The notes beneath the pieces were generated by a model. It searched no databases. It saw only the letters and a program-made list of their open reading frames with translations, and was not told the origin of the DNA. Shown here piece by piece: positions 12,125-25,035 of a stretch of DNA of 64,000 bases; within the stretch, counting starts at the first letter, position 1; the number at the start of each line of letters is the position of its first letter. Origin of the DNA: Octopus bimaculoides (lineage: Eukaryota); contig NC_068981.1 of NCBI RefSeq assembly GCF_001194135.2, positions 37,369,940-37,433,939 of the forward strand, read 5' to 3'. A program made the translations under genes and the position numbers.

Positions 12125-13194
12125 GTAAGTCGATGGATATTTCCTTCATATCATTTATAAACGATGACTCTTTCCAGTTACTTTTTTTCATTCTTTGGGC
12201 TCATATAACACATATGAAATACAATACACTACCCAGCAAAATAATGCAATCCATGAACCCCATATTGTTGACAACAGATTAAATATTAAAGTAATATAAG
12301 ATACAACAAAACAAGCATTACCACAAAGTAAAACACATTGTATATTAACATAATTCTACAGCCCTCCCCACCAACAAAGACAATGCTGTACGCTTGTCAT
12401 GAACATGTATGTGCACCTAGTATGCTGTAGAAACATATGAAACATAAAATCATGATAGAAAGAAAAGTCTTTTTGGTTACTACTTTATTTAACTGATCAG
12501 AAAAGGATGAAGGGCAAAATTGATCTTGGAAAGGGTTGAAGTCTGAATATTAAAAATCTGGATCAAATATAAGAGATATTATTTGTTGTCCTGTCTATTT
12601 TGCCAATCCACCATCATGAAAAGCACGACAATAATAGCAATACAATTTTATATAGATATGAAGTGAAGGTTTCAGAAATTCTACGTGAATTCTGCAACAA
12701 TATGAAGAGTGACACTAATGACGGAGATAATGATGACATGGTGATAATGATAGATAGACACATATATAGTTACATATGTGTGTGAGTGTGCGCATCTATA
12801 CATATAATTTGACAGAAGTGATTCTTTCTTGTATATTTTCTTGTCTTGGGATTCACAGTCAAACGGCTGGGTGGAATTCCACAAAAAATTACATAGATGT
12901 GTAGAATGACCTGGTGGTGTTACTGGGCTTTGTATTTTTTATAGCATCCATGGTTACTGAGATAATCTACTATTGGTAGTGAGATGATGAAAATTATATG
13001 CTGAAAAAAATAAATCAAACAGCGTTTCAACTCTGTGTGAATATATGTGTGTGCATGTAAAAGGAGGGGGCAGTATGTGAATGTGTGTATTTGTGTGTGT
13101 GTGCGTGTGTATGTGTGTTTGTGTGTGTGTGTGTGTGTGCACACAATGTAAGTGGGATGGTTAACATTCAATGCTGAAAAGAAAAATCAAACAG

Positions 13195-13270
13195 TGTTTC
13201 AACTCTGTGTATTTGGTATGTGCTTGACAGCTCCCACGTTTAGTCATGGCGAGCTTTATGTGGACTTAAA
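13195..13270 (+). mobile_element. Helitron helicase C-terminal motif remnant
   Basis: 13209-13262 translates VFGMCLTAPTFSHGELYV, compared with the Helitron/PIF1-type motif PVFSHGQLYVALSR. Confidence 0.55.
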
Positions 13271-13431
13271 ACTTGAAAATTCTTTTGAAGGAAACAAGCA
13301 GTCAAAGGATGTTAGTTGGGGATAGATTTTTCACAAAAAATTTGGTAATGAAAGAATGAAAGAATTATTAAACCAAAATCTTGGTTTTGTACCTTATTTA
13401 TATATAAAATACTACAATTAGCCATCATTTT

Positions 13432-13467
13432 GGTCTATCAGGCTAGCAATTACTAGCCTGATAGACC
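13432..13467. repeat. Perfect 15-bp-stem inverted repeat, 6-nt loop
   Basis: GGTCTATCAGGCTAG caatta CTAGCCTGATAGACC. Confidence 0.95.
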
Positions 13468-13716
13468 CTGCTATGTCAAGATGGACTTATATATTCTTCC
13501 TCTGCTCTCTCCCACTTGGTTTTAATATGTTGCCACATTTGTAATATGTCTTTTTTTCTACATTTTTTCGTGCAGCTGAAGATTGCTCTTCATATTGCAT
13601 TTAAGGTAATGCTCACATTACTTAAATAAATTGAAGTAGCATGAAACGTGCGTACTGCAATCACTTTTGAAATCCGTGTTGCTTATTATTTGATATGTAT
13701 ATATATATATATATAT

Positions 13717-14188
13717 NNNNNNNNNNNNNNNNNNNNNNNNNNNNNNNNNNNNNNNNNNNNNNNNNNNNNNNNNNNNNNNNNNNNNNNNNNNNNNNNNNNN
13801 NNNNNNNNNNNNNNNNNNNNNNNNNNNNNNNNNNNNNNNNNNNNNNNNNNNNNNNNNNNNNNNNNNNNNNNNNNNNNNNNNNNNNNNNNNNNNNNNNNNN
13901 NNNNNNNNNNNNNNNNNNNNNNNNNNNNNNNNNNNNNNNNNNNNNNNNNNNNNNNNNNNNNNNNNNNNNNNNNNNNNNNNNNNNNNNNNNNNNNNNNNNN
14001 NNNNNNNNNNNNNNNNNNNNNNNNNNNNNNNNNNNNNNNNNNNNNNNNNNNNNNNNNNNNNNNNNNNNNNNNNNNNNNNNNNNNNNNNNNNNNNNNNNNN
14101 NNNNNNNNNNNNNNNNNNNNNNNNNNNNNNNNNNNNNNNNNNNNNNNNNNNNNNNNNNNNNNNNNNNNNNNNNNNNNNNNNNNNNNNN
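13717..14188. other. Assembly gap flanked by (TA)n. Other gaps lie near 2775-2872, 4182, 6966, 7186, 17841, 23710 and 26358-26456
   Basis: N runs. Confidence 0.99.
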
Positions 14189-14219
<31 letters not shown>

Positions 14220-15169
14220 TACATACATATTGTGTATAGGTGTGTGTGTCTGTGTATACATATTATATGCACACACACGCACACGCATATATATTTAACT
14301 TCAAGTTGAATGTTTCATAGCTGGAATGACATGCTTATCTCAGCTGAGATGGCAAATGGGAATCAATGACTAGAAGCTAAGTTAGAAAGTGAAATAATCT
14401 CCACCAAACACTTAAGTCAGATTTTTTTCCCCTTTTAAAACTTTTATTTATGTTGAATTTATTTCTCAGCTTCAACCATTTAATAAAATTATTTCTTACG
14501 AAGCTATTCATAGATTCCTGCAGTAATTCAACAGCTTGAAAGAAAGGCTGATAATGAGATTTTAAGATTTTAGTGCATTAAGATATCCATTGCTTTATGG
14601 ATGTTGTCCTGTTTGAAGGAGATTAATCTGTCACTTATTCTTCCATCAAACATTTCAATAGTTTCAAAATAAATAAGAAACTTTCATTGCAAGACAAATA
14701 TCTGAATATCTGGTGAGTGGTATTTCAGAAGAGATACAAGGAGATTTTCCATTCACTTATTTATTATTTATTTATTTATTTTCATTTTTACTTCTGAAGG
14801 GTTCTAGTTCTGTCAGGCTACTCTGCAATGAATTTATGGATGAATCATTTCAAAAATTCAAATATTTGAAATAAAATTTTAGATTAAGTGGATTTTTTAT
14901 GGAACAAACATAGTAAACATTTAACAGATGAATGCTCTTCTGCCTATTCTAATACCTACCACCACTAAGTTACAAACTTCTCTCAGTACATACTTTCAAC
15001 TAGGCTAACTTCAAATAATAAGTTGAACAATATTCTTTGTTTAATCCTTATAGTGCAATCACCATACTTTGAACATTTAAGCTTGTGCTTCTCTCTCAGT
15101 AGGCAAAGATACCAACAACTCTAAAATAAAACAAAAAGCTAATCTTCAATATTTCAGTGAATAGCTTTG

Positions 15170-15400
15170 GCATTAATATGATTTTTAACATTTTGCACAC
15201 ACATGGATATATATTTTGAGAGAGATTGTAGTTGATTAAATTAGCCTCAGTACTTGACTGGCGCCTTATTTTATTGACCTTGGAAGAATAAAGAGTAAAG
15301 CTGACCTTAACAAGGTTTGAACTCAGAATATAAAGTGCTGTTACTAAATACCACAAGAAATTTTATCTGATACTAACAATTCTGCTAACCCATCACTCTT
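15170..15400 (-). mobile_element. SINE family A, degenerate
   Basis: TTTGAACTCAGAA and GCTGACCTT motifs in reverse orientation. Confidence 0.65.
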
Positions 15401-16360
15401 TGATATTGATATAGTAACAATACAGATGATGTGTAGGTGTAATCAAATGTTGAACATTAATTAATTTTGTTACATTTTGCTGATTCTGATTTTAAAAATG
15501 TTACATTGTTTGATCTTGAGATATTTGTTAAGAGATATCTAATGAAACTTTGAAGTATCTAAATTATTCACCAGGTTTTTTCCTTTTAAAATGTCAGAAT
15601 CCATGACAGCATAATGAAATCGCTTAATACATATTTCCTTTCAGCAGGAAATCTACTTATTATACAGGACAAATTACATAAACAAATCATAAATTCAAAA
15701 TACATTATATATATGATAAAAGGCCTTGATGTAAAAGCCTATTCATAATTCTATTAATATTTTTTTCTGTCTAAGGGAATAAGTGACACTACATGATAGT
15801 TAATAACTAACTGGCTGCCTTGTGCCAATGCTAGAAATCAATAATTAATTGGTTATTAGTGAGAGGGCATGCACCTGTAAAATACATTTATTAACTGTGC
15901 ATTAGCATGGTACCTGAATTCCTGAAATTGTGCATTCATAACTTTATAGACTGGAAGAAATGGATAAAAATAACTAAAGATCACAATCCATCAACAGATA
16001 CTAAATATAACCGAATAAAATTATTACAAAACAAGTAAATTAATACATGAGACAGTACTGGAATAATCTAATAATGTTTTGGGTGGAGTACCAAGGAGAC
16101 CTTGTTCTTATACGCTATATGCTGGAGTCTGTCAATCTGCAAATGATTCACATAGGAAAATTTGAATACAGCACTATAAGATAATAAAGTCCTACTGCTT
16201 ATAACAATGAATTAGAAGAGCTTAGAGTTTTAAGCTCTTAATGGTAGTATGAGAGATCAGTTTTCAAGTTTGCAATGATTCAGTAAGCATGAACTGACCA
16301 TGATTCCTATTTGCATTTACATAAACTGGTTCTGTTTTAAGAGTTATTTGATTTTCCAAG

Positions 16361-16380
16361 AACATAATACATCACTGAAG
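16361..16380 (+). other. Candidate 20-nt micro-exon
   Basis: tttgattttccaag|AACATAATACATCACTGAAG|gtgaga. Confidence 0.25.
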
Positions 16381-16820
16381 GTGAGATAGGAACAAGAAAC
16401 CTTGTACTATATGATGTATTTAAATTTCAACTTCCAAACGAAATGGTCAGCAGCAATTTCACATTACAAATGTGAACATTTAGTTATTTGTTTTACCATT
16501 TTTTTTCCAATGGAATTTTATTTCAGTGAAATTTAGAAAACTTTTCCTGAAGTTATTGATTATGAAACAAGGAATGAGAGACTATATAGCTTTAATAAAT
16601 GTAAAACTATATGAATTCTTATTTTCAATAGCTCACAAGGATGCAAAATAGAATACCAACAACACATGGTTCTAATTGATGCATACCACATAAGCAAAAA
16701 AGATCATCTGCAGCATATCCCTCAAAGCTAAAAATGCTGACTACATTCTCAAAGTGATCATTAATTCATTTCAAAACTATTGTAAATATTACTTTTCTGA
16801 AAAATAATTTTTTTTTAAAG

Positions 16821-16841
16821 CAGTGGAATTCAGATTACAAG
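16821..16841 (+). other. Candidate 21/18-nt micro-exon with tandem NAGNAG acceptor
   Basis: tttttttttaaag|CAG|TGGAATTCAGATTACAAG|gtaaga. Both lengths are multiples of 3 and have no stops. Confidence 0.35.
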
Positions 16842-19169
16842 GTAAGAATTGATAAATGATATTTTTAGAGATTTTTTGCACGTAGATTTAAAACAAATCT
16901 ATAAAAATGATGAAGATGAGGAAGGGAGGGGGAGGAGGATCATCATCATTCTCATAGCTATGTGTCAAGAGATTCAAGCAAGAGTAAAGGATTTATAAAA
17001 GACTTAAATTATATTTTTAAAAGTCTGTAGCTCATTGTTGAAAAACCACAGCTCAAGAATGTGCTACATTATCAGAATAAAGTATAACATAGATTATTTT
17101 GGAAATATACTCTAAGTTTTTATCATCAATGGCGTTCAACTATATAAAGCAAAAAAAACCCACCATAACTGCTAAACTTCAGTGAGGAGAGAAAATGTGA
17201 AAGCACACATCAGCTAATGATGATATGGTGTTATTTCAACAGAGAAGTATTCATTCTATAGAGTAATATTGACAGAATATTTGTGTAGCATGATTATATT
17301 TCTGTTTTTAGTCCAGTAAAAACTATAACTATAGACTGAGAAAATGTAATATCTGATAAGAGTGTGCAAGAAAATATAATATTCGAAGTGTTTTGTCTCA
17401 AATGTATTATTTCAAACAAGATGGTTGATTTCATAAGTATTGCGAACTATCCATTATTCATATTTTGTGTCTACAGATGAGAATTGATAAGCATATTTTC
17501 ACCACTGATAAATTATATTACATTTTGTATGGAAAAAAAAAAAGAAGCGATTTTTTTTTTCCATCATTGTAAATAGAATAGGAACATGGTTTTTTTCTTT
17601 TAATTTTTGATTTTGCTTTGTTATCCTAATAGCTGTACAATAGTTACTACTAACTTGCATTGTTTGCTATCTTTTATGGGTTTGTTACAGATATACAAAA
17701 TGACTGATTATTTCATATATGTACTTTGGCAATCTTTTTTCCATCTTTCTTGTTTGCTTGGAAAGTATGAGCTAACAGGAGCTGTTAAACCTGAACTTCC
17801 ACTTATTTTTAGCATTTAAACAAATTATGATTGTTTTTCANNNNNNNNNNTATATACACATTCTTTTGGTCGATGTTATATGTGCTGATGTTTTTTTCTT
17901 GATTAGCATAAATAACCTTTGCATATGATTTGTTACATCTAATTTGTCTTAGCATTTATAGTCAACAAGGACAGAAGTTTGTACTATTGAATAGATTAAG
18001 GCGTCTTTATTACAACCATACCATCAAGTTTATGCTGATCTGCTGCCAGAAAGTGTGACAAGTATTGTGTTGCTAGGATGTCAAGATACTAGAGGTATAG
18101 TGGTTTGTGTATTATCACATGACTTGCAGTATCCATTGCCAAAACATAATACTAAGTGACCCACTCAATATAATAAAAAAAATTAAAAAAACATGCTGTG
18201 GGCATATTTTGGTCATTACTGAAAGCAAAAGGATTTTATATAATTAATTATTTCACTACATTGTAATGCATGTTCAAGTTCTTTGATCATGTTTCAGCAA
18301 ATTCTATGATAAGAACACCAAAGTGTGCTTGACATGTATATCTGATTCTAGAGAAGAAACCATATCATGTTGGACTAAAGAAAGAGATTCAACACACCAA
18401 TAGTATATGTATTCTTGCATTTAAGCAGTTTTGATATTAATATAGTTATCAGGCAAATTAGCAGAGTCATTAGAGCATATGACAAAATAAATGCCTTGTA
18501 GTATTTACACCCAGGTTTCAAATCTTGTTACAGTAAACTTTGCCCTTCATACTGCCAAGTTAACAGAGCAAAGAACTGGTACAGGGCAGAAATTGATTAA
18601 ACCAAATACAAATTTCTTGCAAATATGTAGTCTTGTGCCACTGTTAAACACCAATATGAGTATTGCTAAGAGTAATTTGAGGAAGAAATTTTAAATTGAT
18701 AACTTATGACACATATATTTATATTGCTTTATGTTCTGAACACAAATCCCACCAAATCACCATTGCTTTCTGTTCTTCCAATAGTAATAAGCTCTACTGA
18801 TATGCTGGGGATGATTAAATCAACCTCTTGTCAATCACTGCTGCAAAATTTGTAGCTTTATGTCTAATTTCAGAATTTCTAATGTACCTTTCCATTTCGT
18901 ATGCAAAGGAAAAAGTAGTACTAGCTTCGTCTTAAATTAATTTAATTAGTAGAAATAGCAGAGTGACAGACAATATGCCTTGCTGCATTTAGTTATGTAT
19001 CTTCATATTCTTACTTCAAATCTCACCAAGTTCAAATTTGTCTGTCATTCCTCTTTGATAAAATTGATAAAATAACGGTCAAGAAATTGATTTGCTTGCT
19101 ACCACGTCTCAAATTTGTAACCTATATAAGGAATTATTATCATTACTGACACACAGAGAGAGAATGGTC

Positions 19170-19380
19170 TGACAGAATCACTGGAGCATCAGATGAAATG
19201 CCTTGCAAGTATTTGCTCTGGGTTTTCATGTTCTGAGTTCAAATCCGGTTGAGGTTGACCTTGCCTTTCATGCTTCTAACATTAATAAAATAAAGTACTA
19301 TCCAAGTACTTGAATTGATTTAATCAGCTAACCCATCCCCACAAAATTTATGGCCTTGTACCTACTTTAGAAATTATTAT
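19170..19380 (+). mobile_element. SINE family A
   Basis: TTCTGAGTTCAAATCCGG, GGTTGACCTTGCCTTTCAT, ATTATTATT tail. Confidence 0.8.
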
Positions 19381-19520
19381 TAGTGACATATCAACAAAGA
19401 TTGACTTCGAAATCTTTTATGTAATATTTGTTGTAATAACTTTTTCTCAGCAATAACCAATTTTCTACAAATCCTTTTTTAAAGATAAAAACAAGTTGTA
19501 TTTCTTTATCTTTCATTCAG

Positions 19521-19673
19521 CAAGTATGTGAAGACATTGCTAATGATGAAAGGTATCAGCTGCTCCATCTAATCGATATCACAAATAAACAATATCAAAA
19601 TCCGAACCATGTTGGTCATGTTGAATTTGTGAATTTTACCCCACCCACCACAACTGTCCCTATTAAGAATTAG
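19521..19673 (+). CDS. Candidate terminal coding exon, product unknown
   Basis: Strong acceptor tttctttatctttcattcag| followed by 50 open codons QVCEDIANDERYQLLHLIDITNKQYQNPNHVGHVEFVNFTPPTTTVPIKN*. No family recognised. Confidence 0.25.
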   Translation, partial: QVCEDIANDERYQLLHLIDITNKQYQNPNHVGHVEFVNFTPPTTTVPIKN

Positions 19674-20289
19674 GAACTAACACAGTTCTACGCTACAAGA
19701 CTACTTAGTTACAGTCAATTTAGACTATTCAACAAACGACAGCAACAACAACTGTAATTATCATTATTACTGCTGCTGCCATTCCTGTCTAGTTATATTT
19801 GATCCAATATTTTAGCTTGCAGCCAAATTCCACAAGCTTTAGGCAAATCAGAATTGTTTTTATTGCAATAACATTGTGAAGTCCGAAAGGTTGTGTGGAT
19901 AGGAATTCATACTCCATTACTAAAACTATGATGTGTCACCGGACAAGGCATTTAATTCTACCATGCACAGCCTCTGGCAAGCTGTAAATTATGTACCAAA
20001 GGAAAGCAGCTGGTTGGTGGAATGCTGAACTGAATGAATAAACTGACTATCAAAACAATGGCTCACAGTGTTGAAATCACAGTTATTCATAACACAAACC
20101 CTTAAATCATAATCACATTCATAAATAGGGATTTCTTTTGGCTAGGAACAAGGTCAAGTTTTGTACGGGTGAATATATAGTCAATTGAAACTGTCCCAGT
20201 GCATTGCTGCTAACTTTATTGCCTTCCCCACCATTCGTAGATGAAAGGTAAAGTCTAAGCTTAAAGGATTTGTATTCAGAATGTAAAGT

Positions 20290-20890
20290 ATTTAGTTACC
20301 ATTATAAATGAAGTCACCACCATGAACTGAATCACCCTCAAGCCACACCCTATCGGCTTACAAGAGGACATACTGGATAATGTAACCTTAGACATAGAAG
20401 ATGGAGCAGTCATGAATGGAACACCTTTGATCATTAGTCTGTTTAATCAGAGCTGATCCAAAAGTAAACAACAACAAAAGCAACAACAACAACAACAACA
20501 ATTCAGTGAGTGTAATTCTAAGTGGTCAATAGAACTGTTAGAAAAACCATCCAAAACTGCTTAAATTGAAGTCAGTCATCTTTGAAAAGTGAGGACACAC
20601 TCTGTACACTATGTTTCAAAAAGAAATGGGTTGGACACAAAACTTTTTTATTGTAGATCTACTAGTTTAGACCTTAAAGAGTTAAAAACCATCTCACCAC
20701 CACCAATAACAACAACAACAATAATACTATTACCAAATGAAACCAGATGCGGTTAAATGATTATTTGATCTGGTAGAAATAGCACCCAAATCTCTCTCAA
20801 ATTTCACATAAACATCTTGGAAAGGGTTGCGATATTAGTTAACTGAATCCTGAATATATAACATGCTACACAAAAGAATGGTAGAATGGT
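20290..20890 (+). mobile_element. Three head-to-tail copies of retroposon module D
   Basis: Repeated unit ...CTGCTAGAAATAGCAGCCAAATC...GGATAATGT...CCTTTGATCAT...GCTAAACAACAAC, period about 220 bp. Confidence 0.7.
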
Positions 20891-20914
20891 GATGATCATG
20901 ATGATGATGATCAT

Positions 20915-21250
20915 CATCATCATCAACGTCATTTCGTGTCCTCCCACCAGGCTGTCATGTGTTGGATGGTTTGACAGGGACTGGCAAGGCAGGCACCTGC
21001 ATTATGCTTCTGTGTCTGTTTTGGCATGATTTTTACGGTTGGATGCTCTTCCTAACACCAATGAGTCCATTGAGTGGGCAGAGTGCTTTTTATGTGACAC
21101 CAACTCAGGCGAGGTCAGTTTTGACATGGTTTTTACAGCTGGATGTCTTTCCAAATGCCAACTATTTTACAATTTTGACGAGAAGCTTTTTAAGTGGCAC
21201 CAGCACTGGCTAGGTCACCATGTAACTTTGCAAGACAAGGAATCTTTGAG
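20915..21250 (-). mobile_element. Module C (RTE 3'-end-like) with an internally duplicated core
   Basis: (CAT)n start, then two copies of TTTTGGCATGGTTTTTACRGYTGGATGYYCTTCC. Confidence 0.7.
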
Positions 21251-21990
21251 AGGGGAGGGGCATTGGAGGAGGGGATCTTGTGTCAGAAAATGAAAAGTTA
21301 GAGTGTGACAGAGAGATAGAAACAGATGTTTTGCTGTAGAGGAGGTACATGGTTACCCAGCCTGAGAGAGGGGGAGAGAGAGGAAGAGAGAGAGGGAGAT
21401 GAAGAGAAGGAGAGAAAGAGAGGGAAATAGAGAAAAAGAGAGCAAGAGTTAACAAGAATGAGGGCAGAAACAGGTGGTTACTTAGAGAGAGAGGGGGAGT
21501 TAACAAGAAGGAGGTGTGCTGTTGCAAAGGATGTACAAGTAAGAGAAAGGGAGCGAGAGGGTACAAGAGAATGAGGGCTGAGACAAGTTTGTTGCTGTAG
21601 AAGAGATACATAATTACTCAGTCAGAGGGAAGAGCAATTGAGAGAGAGGGGGGGAGTAGGAGACAGCAAGAGCAGGAGAGGGATGGCAGCAAGTACCAGG
21701 GTATACTTGCAAGGAATGGGGGATCAGAGCATAGATGAGATGGTAGAGTAAGGAAGGGAGAGATGAATGGTGGCAGGTGCTGGCAGGGTATTGCCAAGAA
21801 GTTGCAAGCAAGGAATAGGGGTGGAGAATGTTGTGACTGGTGAGAATCTGGGTATATAGAGGAGGAGGAGGAGGAGGGAAAGGGGGAAGCAACGATACAG
21901 CAAGCAGGGCAGTGAGAAATGGATTAGGGAGTGAGAGATAATCATAGTGAATGAAGAGGAAATGTGAGAAAGAGAAGAGAAACAGTTTGG
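21250..21990. repeat. GA-rich low-complexity tract with a loose internal duplication
   Basis: TTGCTGTAGARGAG-containing unit near 21330 and 21590. Confidence 0.7.
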
Positions 21991-22199
21991 GAAAGGGGTG
22001 TGTAATTTGGTTTGTTGGAATAGGGTGTGCTAAAATTCTATTGTCACATGTGGGTGGTACACAACATTAGTGTTAGAGTAATTATCGATGAAAATTGTAC
22101 ATATATAAATGAATAGAGTAACATGAGGACAAACATTATACAAGGGAAGAACTGACCAAGTATACAATACCTGGCTCTGTTGTAACTGTTACCACATGT

Positions 22200-22630
22200 G
22201 AGCCAATAAGAGAGTCTTTATGAGGTCACACAACCTGCAAGAAATAGCCGCCATATCACTCTCAAATCATACTCTGCTGTCTTTAAAAATGAAGGACTAC
22301 ATATCTAAAACTACAAGAGACAATATAGTCTTACCTATACAAAAAGATTGTAATGGTTGGAAGTCTTTTGGTCATAGATCAAAATCAGGGCTGAACTGTG
22401 GTTACACAACAACAATACAAAGTCACCACTATAAAGTTATTCAAACTGCTAGAAATAGAAACCAAATCGCACTTTGACTGTACACTTTTGTTTTATGGAA
22501 GGCAGAGACATATTGAATAATGCATCTCTTCATCTGATTAATAATATGAGACAGTCATGGGTGAAATAGGTTTGATAGTAAGCCTACTGGATCAGAACTG
22601 ACCAAAGGTAAACAACAAGAACAACAAAAA
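22200..22630 (+). mobile_element. Two head-to-tail module D copies
   Basis: The second copy starts directly after the AAC tail of the first. Confidence 0.65.
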
Positions 22631-23139
22631 CAGCAGTGGCAGTAGTAGTAGCAGCTGCAGCAGCAGCAAGTTTACAGAGAACTGGACAATGTATAGAGTA
22701 TAACGTACAAATTATCACATTGTGTCCCTCATGATTAACCTTTACTTATATAGTCCTCAGCTAGGTGGAGGTGTGGCATATCTGAAATGGTGAACCATGT
22801 AGACTTGTAGATTGAATCCTTATTAATAGGCTACATACTTTCCCCTTCTTATGGCCTGAAATCTTTCAAGTCTAAAGTAAATTCATTCCTTTCATCTTAA
22901 TTTCTCCTTCATTGTCATTTACATTAAGAGGCTTCTGATCTTGTTTGGGATTTTCTAATAAACATGTTAAGGTTCTGCTGTGTCTGGAGAGAGTCATTTT
23001 CTTTTAGTGCCTTATTATTTAACACACTCACCGGTAAAATTTCCACTTATTTACTTATTTATTTTTCTAAAATTTTCGTTGTGTCATGCAACCTTTTCAA
23101 TAGTTGTTGACTCTGTCTGTTATTCAAGCTGCATTCTTT

Positions 23140-23655
23140 TTTGTTTGTTTGTTTGTGCACATGTGTGTGTGTGCACATACACATGTATGTATGTATATAT
23201 GTATGTATGCATGCATGTAAGTGTGTGTATGCATGTATGTGTGTATGTATATATGTATGTGTGTACTTTAGAAGGTATGTATTCTACATATTCATGTGTT
23301 TGTATATTTTTATGTGTATTTACATGTGTAAGTGTGTGTGTTTGCATGTGTGTGTGTGTGTGTGTGTGTACCTGTCTCCTTGTGTGTGCATGTCTGAATT
23401 TGTCTGTGTGTGTGTGCTTGTGTGTGTATGGGTTTTTGTGACTATGTACTGTGTTTGTATGTATGGATGTGTATCTCCACATGTGTGAATGTGTGTCTCC
23501 ATATGTGTCCTTGTGTGAAGTGAAGTATGTGTGTATATGGTCATGTGTTTCGGTCTTCATTTGTGTATGTGTGCTTGTCTGTTCATATAACCTATGTACC
23601 TATCCGTCTGTATGTCCATCTGTTTACTTTCATATTCATATGCCTACATATATGT

Positions 23656-23709
<54 letters not shown>

Positions 23710-23810
23710 NNNNNNNNNNACACATACACACATACACACACACATACACACATACACACACACATACACACATACACACATACACACACACACACATACA
23801 CACACCTATC
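23140..23810. repeat. Long compound (TG)/(TATG)/(CA) microsatellite
   Basis: Direct reading. Confidence 0.9.
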
Positions 23811-24329
23811 TACATAATAGCCCACTAACTATTCTACCTGTATATAAATACAAACTGTGGGTATGGGGGTGTGATTATCTGCTACATATATTTCCTATTT
23901 AGAATTGGAGATGTTTCCATTATGAGGATGCACTCCTGTATTTGTCTGAGTTCTGGGTCCTTTATCTCTACAGATTCTCTATAGAAATTATAGCCAGCAA
24001 TGATTTCATTATGATGTTATCTTTATAAAAAATCTGTTGAGATGACCTTAACATGTGATTTAAAGGTATTGCTAACATAGTAGAACAGAGTTTTGACTTA
24101 TAAAAACATTTAATATACCTTGTAGCATATAATGGTTGCATAACAAAATATTGTGTGCCTACAAGTCATTAATTTCTAATAAAAAACAAAACAACATAGT
24201 CACACTTTATAAGGCCTGACCTAAGAGTATAGAGTAATGACTATAATGTACCTAACTCACAGACAATTGCAACCATCATTATTGATAAAACTAGTGCAAC
24301 AGATGGAGCCTAAGTTAATAAGGGAATAA

Positions 24330-24550
24330 ATCTCTAAAAAGTTATGAAGCAGCTAGAAATAGCAACCAAATATCCCTGAAGTCAAACTCTACTGTTTTCA
24401 AAAAAAAAGAAAGGAAAATGCATCTAAAATTCATTGTCTGAAATAAAGATGGAAAGAGATGGTCACATCAGTTGATCCCATTTAGGAATACTTTGACCGC
24501 AGGTTCACCTGATAAGAGCTGATCTTTACTACACAGCAACAACATCAACA
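24330..24550 (+). mobile_element. Module D copy
   Basis: GCTAGAAATAGCAACCAAAT...GAGCTGATC...CAACAAC. Confidence 0.65.
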
Positions 24551-24608
24551 AAAAATCCCTCTTTCACATCTACAAATCGCCATAATGAACAATACTACCA
24601 TAGCTACA

Positions 24609-25035
24609 AGGCAGTGAATTGGCAGAAACGTTAGCACACCGGGCAAAATGCTTAGTGGTATTTCGTCTGCCGTTACATTCTGAGTTCAAATTCCACCGAG
24701 GTCAACTTTGCTTTCATCCTTTCGGGGTTGATAAATTAAGTACCAGTTATGCACTGGGGTCGATGTAATCGATTTAATCCCTTTGTCTGTCCTTATTTGT
24801 CCCCTCTGTGTTTAGCCCCTTGTGGGCAATAAAGAAATAGAAAACGTTAGCATGCCAGGCGAAATGCTTAGTGGTATTTCGTCTGTCTTTATGTTCTGAG
24901 TTTAAATTCCACCAAGGTCGACTTTGCCTTTCATCCTTTCGGGGTCGATAAATTGAGTACCAGTTGTGTGCTTGGGTCGATCTAATCGACTTTTCCCTTC
25001 CCCCAAAATTTTGGGCCTTGTGCCTAGAGTAGAAA
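24609..25035 (+). mobile_element. Head-to-tail dimer of SINE family A (24609-24840 and 24841-25035)
   Basis: A-box-like TGGCAGAAACG and B-box-like GAGTTCAAATTCC in copy 1. Copy 2 is 5'-clipped, starting GAAAACGTTAGC. Confidence 0.9.

Noticed and set aside
16216-16239. 9-bp hairpin (likewise the 8-bp stem at 42679-42703)
   Set aside because: Stems this short are expected several times by chance in 64 kb of AT-rich DNA.
18501-18600. Tudor-like NWYRAEI motif
   Set aside because: A stop follows two codons later and the rest of the domain is absent.
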